Assembly: GCF_018977255.1 (NCBI RefSeq) | Contig: NW_024704743.1 | Span: 36,458,001 to 36,522,000, forward strand | DNA length: 64,000 nucleotides | Reading direction: 5' to 3' | Source: Callorhinchus milii | Lineage: Eukaryota | Shown here: positions 24,928 to 36,235 of the stretch, in pieces | How the letters are laid out: each line of letters opens with the position of its first letter | How positions within the stretch are numbered: position 1 is the stretch's first letter | Notes under the pieces: generated by a model | Seen by the model: the letters and a program-made list of their open reading frames with translations, nothing else | Database searches by the model: none | What the model was told of the DNA's origin: nothing | Program-made: the position numbers and the translations under genes

Positions 24928-27900
24928 TAAGCATTTATATAGCTTTACAACTACTCAAGGCACAGTTTGTGACTTTTTCCTTTTAGAAAGGTCTGTGAGT
25001 GGATAACTGCTCTACTGGCCCACATGAGGCTGATGGCTACAGCAATTAGCAACTAGAAAAGATCAGAAAACCTTTTTTCATTCAAATGGTCACAAGACTA
25101 TGAAATATCCCAAAAGTACGTTGAGGCAGAATCAATTGGGTTGCTTACAAGAGGATATATACCTGGGAAGCAAGGGTATTGGATATGGAGAAAAAGTGGG
25201 GAAATGAGATTACAAGATTTGTTATCATTCAATAAACTGTCAGAGCAAGCTTGATATGCTGATCTGGAGGCCAGATCCCTCTGCTTCCTATGTCCCAGAT
25301 CTGATGAGGGTCAAAGGCATCAGAGGGACAGTCCACAAGGGGCCCCTGAACCATATGGAATTTCACTGTTCCACTGAAGAAATTAAGACATTTAAAAAGA
25401 GCTTATGCCATCCTCCTGGGGAGTGCAGGTCGTACAATAGCAGTTACAGGCACTGAGAAACATTTTCAGCCCGGGAATCTAAGATAATTAAAATAATCCT
25501 GGCACCTTTCAAGCGCTTCACAGGAATTACTGTGAAGTGGATATTATAAACAAAACTACAGCCAATTTTCACGCAGCAATGTTCCATAAGCAACCATGAA
25601 ACAATTGACCCATTTTTATTTTGGGGATTGCCAACCATATTCATTAAAAATTAACCCTCATGTCCAATCATTTACTCAATGACCTCAATGCGTGAGAAGT
25701 GATCCTCGTGTACATAATGCACTGGTGTTCAGTGATATTACTGAGGGTCACAGATTTTCATTTAGCACCCTCCCTCTCAAGTGATTGAGTAAGTGGAGTA
25801 GTTGAAGTCCACAATCAGAGTAAATTGTGTGCAATCCACAGGAGGAAGGAAGGGAGTGAGGACATGAAGGAGGGAGGACGGGATAAAGGAAGGGAAGGGC
25901 CAAATGACTGGATAGCTTTTTCTCATTCCAGACTTCATTTTCTTAAATGAAGTTAGTATGTGGCAGGAGCCAACAACCATTCCAGCCTCCGCAATCATAA
26001 ACAGGTCGACCACCTTGTCAACCGTTTCACTTATAGTCCAGGTGTACCATGGACCCGCAATACATTGGATGTATTGTAAATCTACACTATTCCAGAGCTG
26101 ATTTCTTGAGTGTTGTGTGCAGGAAGCGCCACTGACAGCACTGGTTTCAGGGACCCAATCCTCTACGTTAACTGGGTCAGTCTGTACTTAGACCATGGCG
26201 CCAGTCTCAGAACAATCATTTCATGTTTATGTATCACTATATTCTTGAATGGTTAAGTCTGTACAAGTTAGACAGAACTGTGCTTTAAGAGGAAAAGCAT
26301 AACAGACAGTGACTGAAAACCAAATCAGCCTGCTTGTTTCAGAAAGCTCAGTCGTCTAGACAAATCACTAAAAAAAAGTATTCCAAGATCAGACTCTCAA
26401 GACGAGGTTTGAATATATTCATATTTTACTAGTCCCAGCACTTGTGCCACACCAAATATTTTTCAAGGGCATCTGTCTGACCACTTAAACCTGTGACGTC
26501 ATTCTGACTGCTGTTCCTAGTCTCCAAACACACTGAGCCAATGATCAATGCCATGTTGCTGTATTGAATAATAAAATAATCCTTGCATTTGATATCCTGA
26601 TCACATCATCGAAACATCTGAAATGTTTAACAGGATTTAATGTAAATACATATAATAGTTTACATTTTTATATATTGGATGTTGGGAGAATGTTTGAAAA
26701 AAAGTGACTGCACATTTGTCGATGAACTTGGCAGCCATTTGTGCATTACACCCACCTGAACAGCCAGACAGGATCTTGGTTTAACATCTCTAACAAAGCA
26801 GCACATCCTCAGCACCACTGGAGTGCCACCCTGAACTATGAGCTCAAAATCCCAACTTGAAACTTGAACCTACCACCTTCTGAATTAGAGGCGAGGCTGC
26901 CCCCAACTGAGCCAGGCTGAAATGCAGGGGAACACAAAGGTAAATTACCTCACTAGAGGTTTAGAGCTTGTTTAAAATGTAAGACTCCTGTAGACCAAGG
27001 TTACCAAACTCCTGTCTACTTCTAGCTCCAAGAGTTAGAAAAGCTCACGAGAGTGGTTGCTGCTTGATTATCATTGTGCTCATTTGTATAGTGCCTTTCA
27101 CAACAGGGGGACGGACGTCCCAAGGCGCTGGATAGTCAAAGATCCGCACACAAGCTGGTGGTGGGATCAGGAGGGCTGATGTGATGTGCCTGGAAGCAAT
27201 TATCCAATGACCCTGGAACAGTGGCCATTTTATTTCTACCGACCCATTACAATGCTCTGCTTAATGTTTTTGATCCAAGACATTGTATTGTAACAGGGTT
27301 GCCCTGTATTCTGGAATTCCAAACAGAAAAAGAGCTGACCTCCATTTGTCTCTCTCCTCAATAAACACCACACCTTGATACAGAGACCAGTGTTGACATA
27401 GTGCTCCATAGCACAGAGGGAGTAAGATAAAGAAATTAGTATTGTTAAACTAAGAAGCTGGCAGGGACTCAAGAAATCACCTTTGTTATGCATGTTCCTC
27501 ATGGTTTTCTGATCGTCACTCTGGTTTTATAAAGGTACTAAATCTTCCGGGGCTGAAGTCTGTCATCAGTTATGGCCAGAAGGGTCCCTCTGGGACAGTG
27601 TTGGACAAGCCCAATGTCCAACAATAGACGTAAGAGCAGTCTGGAGGGTGCATTATGTGGAGTTGGCATCTGACCCAATAAGAAGGAGAGACCCATCTGC
27701 ATGGATTATGGAAGAGCTGTTGGGAGGTGGGAGGCCAGGAGGAGTTGATTGGGTAGGAACTGGGAGGGGAGGTTTGGAGCTAAGGAGCAGGGGAGCCCAG
27801 GGGCAGAATCTGGGAGAAGGGGAGAGCGGGACAGGAGAAATGACCAAAAACACAGTCAAAGGGGAACATCTTGAGCCAGATCTTGAAAAAGGTAAAGGGG

Positions 27901-28044
27901 GAGCAAGTCAGAGGCTCTCTTGGATAGAGTTCAGAGAGAGTGCTCAGTTTGCTGAAAGTCTGCCTGCCGATGATGGAGCAGATAGGGTGGGGGACATGAA
28001 ACAGGCTAAGCAAAGGGAGCAGCCAAGTCAGTAGGGTTGAAGAC

Positions 28045-28274
28045 AGTAATAATAATCCTTGCATTTGATATAGCGCCTTATCACATTTTCGAGACATCTC
28101 AAAGTACTTCACAGAATATACTGTAACAACTAGATTCCTACTTACTGCTAGGTAAACAGAGGCGTATGGAGTAAGGCAACTTGCCCAATGTGTGTTTTGC
28201 CCTCTCTGGTAATCGAACCTGGATCCTCTCACTTTCAAGGCAAGTGCTCTAACCACTAAGTTACAGGACTCCAC
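28045..28274 (-). mobile_element. Long-variant SINE with an internal deletion
   Basis: Head, CTACTTACTGCTAGGTAAACAGAGGC segment and tail are present; the Deu core is missing. Confidence 0.85.
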
Positions 28275-29139
28275 TAATAGTGTTAATATCCATGCTGGAG
28301 TAAGGTACTTTATTTACATTAAAACAGTTCATAGTCAGACTTTGTACCAAAACAAACAAAGCAGGAAAAGGTAAGGACAAGGATCCTGAAGTCAAACCGT
28401 CAGTGGGTGGGGACACAGTGGATCAGAGCTAGGACGAAGATGATAGGCTTGCAGAGCCCAGTGTGCGGCAGGATATGGGCTGCAGAGTTCCAGATGGTCT
28501 GAAGCTTGTGTAGGGAAGAGCTGGGGTATTCAATGAGCAGAGCATTGATGTAGTCAAGCCTGGGCATGGTAAAGATGCACATAAAGGTAGGCAGTCCAAG
28601 AGGAGAAGTAGTGGTGGAGGTGGACGCAGAACGCTAGATTATGTGTTGTGAAAACAGAGTGAGCAGGTCAGCACAAGAGTAGTCAGCTAGCTTTCAGTGC
28701 ATCCAAGAGACATCATAAACCTCAAAATACAACAGGAATTGACTGGTTTGGTCCCTTGTTTATGATACGAGTTAGAATTGTCTGGATCCTACAGGGTAAC
28801 AGGAGGGGCTTCCCTGTATTATTCACTTCATTGAGTAGGAATGTCAATGCCCCTTTATAGGCAATGACAATAGGATGCTTATTTCAAAATTTACCCCAAA
28901 ATGACCTATACTTTATGTAAGGCATGCAATTTAAGTGCGCTCAATGCATCTTCTGCTGGTAGCACTTCAGTTTAAATACAAAGTTCAAAGAAGTGTCAAA
29001 ACAATTAAAATCAGTACAAACTCACATCATTGTCACCTCCCTAGTACTTTGGGCTGGCTGCTGCGTGTATGAAATAAATCAGACGCTCACATCCACCAAT
29101 AACAATAATAATTATAACACAAAAACAATAATTATATCC

Positions 29140-29516
29140 ACGGATTTGATAGAGCACCTTATCACGCCATTGAAATGTCTCAAAGCACTTCACAGGATAT
29201 ACTGTAAAGTAGACTGACTGTGTATTTTGTGGGCGAAATGTGGCAGCCCATTTGCATACAGCAATGTCCCACAAACAGCTATGGAGTGAGAGACCTAATT
29301 TATTGTTGGCCAGGACACCAGGAGAAACTCACTTCTCTTTTCGAAAAGTGCTACAGGATCATTAACATGGGCCTGAACAAGCAGATGGGACCTCGGTTTA
29401 ACATCTCATCCGAAGGAAGGCACCTCCGACAATGCAACACTCCCCAGCACTCCAATGGGGCTTGAACTCCAACCTTCTGATTCAGGCGAGAGTGCTTGCA
29501 CAGAGCCAGCTGACAC
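29140..29516 (-). mobile_element. Older full-Deu-domain SINE
   Basis: Aligns with 985-1398. Confidence 0.85.
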
Positions 29517-31124
29517 ACTTTTAAAACCAACAATGTATATTGGTGGGAGGTTGGGGGGAGGTGGAGGAGAAAGTGGAGAGAAAAAACTTTTAGTTTTGCT
29601 CAGAGCCACTTAAACAAGTTCCAGGTTTGTGTAAACCCTAGTTATCAATGGAAAGTAATGCAGTATGATTAATCTAGCTTGAACACAAACACAGTCACAA
29701 ATCAATAATTGCATGAATGCCAACTACATATATCAGCACAGCAATTAATGTTTTACCAGGTGACTCTACTTCACTGAGCTTCAATTCACTGCCATATTTT
29801 GCTGTAAGAGTATACAAGAAGCCCTGCAACTCTTTAATCAATTCACTTCCTACTTATCTCACCTTCCTACTGTAGCTCAAGATTAAATGAGACCAGGTTA
29901 GCCATCAAAACAAAGGAATCGTTTTCTTTCATGTGGGAAATAACTTCCTTGTGTGGGTGGACATATTATGCCTGAACATCCAAGTTGGTACATATGAATT
30001 GACATCTAATCTGGATACATCTATGTTGGAACAATAAAGAAAATCTATATTAGAATTTAGCAAAGCAGTTTTGACAAATGGATTTTTTTTTACAAAATGG
30101 CAATGAAGCAACAGGAAGTAACATTTTAAAACTTACCTAACCTGTATATAAATGATTTTCTTCAACCTACCATGTTGCTAATATAACTAACGTGAATATA
30201 CTTGAGTCATGCCTCTGGGTTCAGAGAAACTTTCAGAACAATAATAATATTCCTTGCATTTGATACACCGCCTCATCATATCATTAATACATCTCAAAGC
30301 GCTGAATATACTGTAACGTGTAGTGACTGTGTACTTTGTGGGCTAATACCACGATCTGTAGATCTGGTCACATAAAGCAGACGAAAAGGAAATATATCCA
30401 AACAAAATTACATATTGACACACAGGCCTTATTAAACCCATATAGATGTTGGCACGAACTCCATTAATAGACTTCTTAAATCTTTAATTTTTCTTAGCCC
30501 ACATGTAAGGCACATAAACTCCTGTTTTTGTGGAGTAAAGGAAGAATACAGATTTTAATCTGACTGAGTTGTAATACTATTTGTAATTCTGTGATCAGGA
30601 AGCTGATTGGAGCTGTATCGGCAGATGAATGTGAACTGAGGTGTGGGGTTACCTTGGAACATGTTGGGAGCCCAACCATTTAAATATTGACACTTTATGC
30701 TGTGCAGTGAGATGGAATGCTTGAAATCAGCCACTCCTTGATCAGAGGTTCGTAGAAGTCAGCCAATTTCACAATTACCTGGAACAAAAGACAGAGACAT
30801 GCAAACAAGCACGGCTCCTGCCACACAGTATTTTCTTATTGAAAACTGGCAACCTCTTCAATCACCTCTGCCATCATTACATTCCATCTGAAGTGACTGC
30901 CTGACAAATGTGCTATGAAAGGTTCACATCAGCCATTTAATTGGGAATAACAGCAGGTGATCACTAAACGTGGTGCATTTCTGTCTTGAGTCAGCTCATC
31001 CAGATGGCTGCATAGCCACTACAGCTGGCTTCGTAATCCTGGGGTGGGGGGATGAAATGGGGTTGAGGAGAGAAGGGGAAAATAAATCAATATGGAGTTT
31101 CCCCAGTTGCAGTGAGGGCTGTCA

Positions 31125-31400
31125 GAAAAAGTGTGTTGACGACAAGATCAATTTGAATGAAGAAGGTCCTTTAACCCACCTGATCTCTTCCCTCCAGCAC
31201 ACCCACCCAATCGTTCCCCCCAGCACAGCATCAAGCTGCTTTTTAAATAAATCTAGCGCCCTGGCCTCAACCATTCTTCCTAGCACCGTGTTCCAGTTGT
31301 TAGTTACTCTCTGGGTAAAAAACGTTCTTCCTCCTGCTGTCCCGAAATTGCCCTTTGCAACTCTAAACCTATGTCCTTTTGTTTTACTGTTTTGATGCAT
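31125..31400 (-). mobile_element. CR1 LINE 3' end
   Basis: KTKGHRFRVAKGNF....RTFFTQRVTNNWNTV...FKKQLD, typical of the CR1 ORF2 C-terminus. Confidence 0.88.
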
Positions 31401-32001
31401 CCTAAACTATTCTGCTGTTACTTTAGTGTTACTTTTTCAATCACATTTGAAATTTTATACACCTCTATAAGAATGTTGGATAAAGATGCGGTCAGCTCAG
31501 CTGTAAAGTCCTGCATGATCATCTACTTGAGGCGGAGGAACTGCGGGATGGAGGGAGACAGAGAGCTAAACCTCTTTGCTTGACCTAAAACAGGGTGGTC
31601 CAAAGGTCCAACAGGCAGCCCAGGGGCCACAACGAGCCCCCGGATGATCCTGTCAGACCCAACTTCACCTCCTAGCTGTACCTCTCTTCTGGTCGGTTTC
31701 CATGAGGCAACGTGGAGAGTGACGGGAGGAGGGGAGGAGTGAGAGATATCCTCTCTCGCTACCTCGAGCCTCATGGAACCTGGTGAGATGCAGCAGCAGG
31801 AGTATCTTATAATTCTAAAACTGCAGAACTATGAGTCTCAGCAGGAAACACAAGGTAGATATGAAAACTAGAGGATTTCAGTGTAAGTGGATTGATTACT
31901 TGCTTATTGACAGTAATGAAAAACCCCAGTGCCTTGTTTGCTTGCAAGTCATATCTGTGTTAAAGTTCAGAGTTAGTTTTGCAATAATGAATTAATAATG
32001 A

Positions 32002-32470
32002 GCCCGTGTCCTCTCCCGCACCAGGCTCCGTGACCCTATCACCCCCATTCTCACCCGACTCCAATGGCTTCCCATCACACAGAGGATACAGTTCAAGATC
32101 CTGGTTCTCGCCTTCAAAGCCCTCCATGGTCTTGCTCCCCCCTACCTCTGTGACGTCCTAATCCCCTACCATCCTGCTCACTCCCTCCACTCAGCGGGCT
32201 CCAGCCTGCTTCACGCCCTCGCTCGCCTCGCGGGTGGGCCTTCTGCCACTCTGCCCCCACTCCATCCCGCAGTCCCTCCACCTCGCCCCCTCCCTTGTCT
32301 CCTTCAAGACCCATCTCAAGACCCTCCTTTTCGACTGTGCTTTCGACTGCACTCCACCCCACCCAATCCTGACCCCCAACTGGGGTCTAAACTATGACTG
32401 TCCAGCGCCTTGGGACGTCTTCCTGACGTAAAAGGCTCTATACAAACGTAATTTTGTTGTTGTTGTTGTT
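32002..32470 (+). mobile_element. L2 3' fragment with (TTG)n tail
   Basis: FKTHLKTLLFDCAF and tail. Confidence 0.9.
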
Positions 32471-34466
32471 AATCTGTTTTGGTTTTGTTGAGCATTTTCT
32501 GTAGGGGCCTCCATATGTTAAGTTGATAACCTGTATTTTGACTTTAATACATTAAAATAATTGGTGCATATATTTCCATTTGAGATGATTATTATTAAGC
32601 AATACAGCCAAACAATTTTTTTTTAGGTTTCTGTATGATTCTTTTATGTTTCTGGAAGGGGAAAATACACAATATTGTTTATGCAGCCAGCGGACATTTC
32701 TCCAATGTAGCATCCGGCCCGCGACACCCAAAAGCTTGGACCATCCTGAGATAAAAGTTTAAAAATAGTAATTACCAGATATGGAGAAAAGGCAGGAAAT
32801 GAGATTTAAACATTTCCCATGCTGAATGAAACTTATAGGCAGGCAAAGTGTCTAATGGTCTACTCGTCCTACGATGGGAATATACAATTAGGCCTCAGAG
32901 CCCCTGAGTTTGGGGGCGGGGGGTAAATCAATGAATCAGAAGCATAGCAAATGGTTTTATCAGTGTAACACACCATGGATTGCTGGACAAGCAGTCAGGA
33001 TTATCAGAGGGAGTCATTGAGCAAACAGAGGCCAAAACATTATCAGTGTCTGAGTCAACCTGCTCTTTCCAATGTAGCTTGGTTACAGCTGGATACTGGA
33101 GGAGGTCTGGGAGTGGTGCCTGCCGCTCCCACTCTGTCTCAGAACAGTTTATTACAAAGGGAAATTTTGGACAGCGCAACTCCATGGGTAAAAATAACAA
33201 ATGTTCAGCACCAGGCAACAAGAAGTGTTAGACACTCAACCAGACAGCAGAATGGCTTGACGTGTAAAGCTAAGAATTACAGGCTTTCCCAGTGGCTGTG
33301 CGCCTTTCAGGTAACCATCTTTGCAGGCTTGTTACAACAATAAAATTACATTTGTATGGAGCCTTTCACGTCGGGAGGACGTTCCAGGTCGCTGAACAGT
33401 CAGTGTTTTATTTTTAAACTGCCCTTTAAAAATAATGCTTCATTCCAGCAGTATATTTGCCATATATTTGGGAACACTTACTTCTATGTTTGACTTGAAC
33501 AAACATTGCTGCGATTTAAGAGCAGTATACATTAGACCAAGAATAATTTTTCACACCAGCAATCCTGCCATCTAGTGTGCATAGCTTCACAATCAGTTCA
33601 CAACCACAGACATAGTTTTCACCATATTATCTCACAATAACACGCATTGTATTACTTTTATCCCAATTCAGAAGTTTTCGTCTGTCGCATTCATGAATGT
33701 TTACAATGCCTCAGGAGGTAGATGCATTTGTTGACGCTGCCTGTTTGAACCGTACCAACCTGGTCATTCTCTTTGCTTATTGGGCAGCAGCCTGCTTCAT
33801 GTCCCCCACCCCACCATTGGCTGTTGGGCTTTACCCCTTGGAAAAATGCCCAATACCAGAAATGCACTGACACTGGGTGAGGACAGATCAAGTGTGAATG
33901 TGTTGCCTTTGCAGTTAAATAACCTGCAAACACCACTGGCTATCTAAGCTCCTGCACATTAAACATTGCCACTGGAGGGCTGCCAGCACCCATTCCACCT
34001 CACCCCAGTTCAGCTACTTCAACAAAACAACTTGTTTTTATGTGGAATCCTTCACGTGGATTAGCTACTGCAATGGGAGAGGATAAAAATGATACAGGAG
34101 GGGAGTGAGGGAATCTCCTTGAATACAATTTTTAGTTATTCTGTTGCAAACACAATCCATTTTTGAAATGTTTAACTTTCCCAGTGTGGAACAATAGTTG
34201 AACACTGTAAAGATGCCCAATGAAATAATTGTAATCTCCTAAAAACAGATATTGTGCTGAACATGCTCTCCCTGCCCTGCACAAGAATTGAGACTTCATC
34301 TCCTGGCTCTACTTATAAAGTTAATTGTGGACTTCATTTTTTAATCTTTTCCAAAACCTTGGTGGACACCCCTCTTCCCGACCCTTAACAGAGACGCTTC
34401 CTCCAGGTTTAAATACTCAAGTACTCAATACTGTTTAGATACTGATTAAATACTGTTGGTACTCAC

Positions 34467-34661
34467 GCATATACTTTAGTGTCTCCTCGATTTGTTCATT
34501 GGTGAGATCGATATTAGTATCGGGAGAAATAAGAGGGGTGTGAAGCCAGTCGTCGTGATCATAACCATAAATTGTATCAGCTCTCAGTGTGTAATGAGGC
34601 AGTTTTTCTTCCAGCAGACTGATGATTTCGACTTCTGGAAGATCTGTACTATTGCACACAT
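34467..34661 (-). CDS. TRAK1: TRAK1 internal coding exon (195 bp, phase 1-1), start of the HAP1_N region
   Basis: Translates (D)VCNSTDLPEVEIISLLEEKLPHYTLRADTIYGYDHDDWLHTPLISPDTNIDLTNEQIEETLKYM, nearly identical to vertebrate TRAK1 as I recall it and unlike TRAK2. Acceptor tctttttccccAG at 34662-34663, branch-like CTAAC at 34687-34691, donor GTGAGT at 34461-34466. Confidence 0.96.
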
Positions 34662-34697
34662 CTGGGGAAAAAGAAGAGACAGGATGGTTAGAACTGG

Positions 34698-36235
34698 ACA
34701 CAAAATACTGCAGATGCTGGAAATCTGAAACAAAAACAGAAGTTGCTGGGAACACTCAGCAAGTCAGGCAGCATCTATGGAGAAAGAAAAGTGAGTTCAC
34801 GTTTCAGGTCCACGACCCTTCATTAGAACTGGGGCATGTTGGGCGGGAGTGGCTTTCAAGCGCTAACAGAGTGAGGGGGGGGCAGGGCAAGGAAGACAAA
34901 GGAGAAAATGGGGTAGAGGACAGGGCATGATGGCTTAAAGAGGTGCTAATGATGCAGTATAAAGGTGGGGGGAAATTACGACAAACAGGCAGACCAGAGA
35001 GAGAAGGGGTGTGTCTGGGACCCAGATAACGTGGTAATGGTCACAGAAAAGGGGGAGGGGGAAGGTGAGCTGTTATGGTCTGAAATTGTTGAAATCAATA
35101 TTTAGGCCAGAGGGCTGTAAGGTCCCTAGCAGATAAATGAGATGCTGTTCCTTGAGCTTGAACTGTGGATCATTGGAACAGCGTAGGAGACCGTGGATGG
35201 AGAGGTCAGAGTGCGAGTGGGAGGGAGAGTTGAAGTGGCAAGAAACTGGAAGCTCAGGTTGTGCTTGCGGACAGAACGGAGGTGTTCAGCAAGTCGATCA
35301 CCCAATCTGCATTTGGTCTGCTCAATGTATAGAAGACCACATACATTAGAATACATTAGAATATACAGCACAGAAACAGGCCATTGGGCCCAACTGGCCT
35401 ATGCCGGTGTTTGTGCTCCACATGAGCCTCCTCCTGTCCTTCCTCAACTAAGCCTTCAAGCATAACCTTATTCATCAGCAGCAAATTACATTGGTGGTAG
35501 TACACGTAAATCGCTGTCACACTTGAAATCTGTGTTTGGGACCCTGGACAGTGGTATGGGAGGAGGTAAAAGGGCAGGTATTGCATCTCCTGCGCTGACA
35601 AAGGAAGCTGCCGGGGGAGGAGAGTAACTGTTGGTGATGATGGAGGAATGAACCAGTCCCTTTGGAACGCTGAGAGGGGCGGGGACGGAAAGATATGTTT
35701 GGTGGTTGGATCATGCTGGAGGTGCCGGAAATAGTGGAGAATTATTTGTTGGTTGTTGAGGCTGATGGAGTGGAAGGTGAGGACTAGGGAAACCCTATCA
35801 CGGCTCTGGGAAGAGGGGGAAGAGGTGAGGGCAGAGGTGTGGGAAATAAGGTGGACATGGTCAAGGGCCCTGCCTACCACAGTGGATGGGAGGGCGAGTG
35901 GAAGGGAAGTTGAAGTGGCAAGAAACCGGAAGCTCAGGGTTGAGTTCGGTTGAGGAAAAAGGAAGACATTTCAGTTGCTCTGGTGTGAAAGGTGGCATTG
36001 TCGGAGCAGATGCAGCAGAGGCGAAGGAACTGGGAAAAGGGAATGGAGTCTTTACAGGTGGCGTGATGGGAGGAGGTGTAGTCCAGGTAACTGTGGGAGT
36101 TGGTGGGCTTGTAAAAGATATCTGTTGATAATCTATGCCCCGAGATGAAAATGGTGAAGTTGAGAATAGATGCTGTCTGACATGCTGAGTGTTCCCAGCA
36201 ACTTCTGTTTTTATAACTTATGCAGTTGTTTTTGT
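34698..36235 (-). mobile_element. Degenerate Penelope-like element (RT thumb plus GIY-YIG endonuclease) with an inverted partial terminal repeat
   Basis: Minus-strand peptides TDIFYKPTNSHSYLDYTSSH...SIPFSQFLRL..ICSD and CGLLYIEQTKCRLGDRLAEHLRSVRK. The terminal block at 34698-34832 is partly repeated in inverted orientation at about 36168-36235. Frameshifted and interrupted by a CR1 tail. Confidence 0.88.
34794..34832 (-). ncRNA. Degenerate minimal type I hammerhead ribozyme motif in the Penelope terminal repeat
   Basis: AGTT-CTAATGA-AGGGTC-gtg-GACCT-GAAAC-GTG-AACT has the layout stem I / CUGANGA-like core / stem II / GAAA / short stem III. Two core substitutions make it probably inactive. 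Confidence 0.6.

Noticed and set aside
25295..25360. Hammerhead starting at CTGATGA (25301)
   Set aside because: No GAAA follows a credible stem II, and there is no stem I/III.
34435..34755. 106-aa ORF as a single-exon protein
   Set aside because: Only 34467-34661 is exon. The flanks read through intron and Penelope sequence across canonical splice sites.
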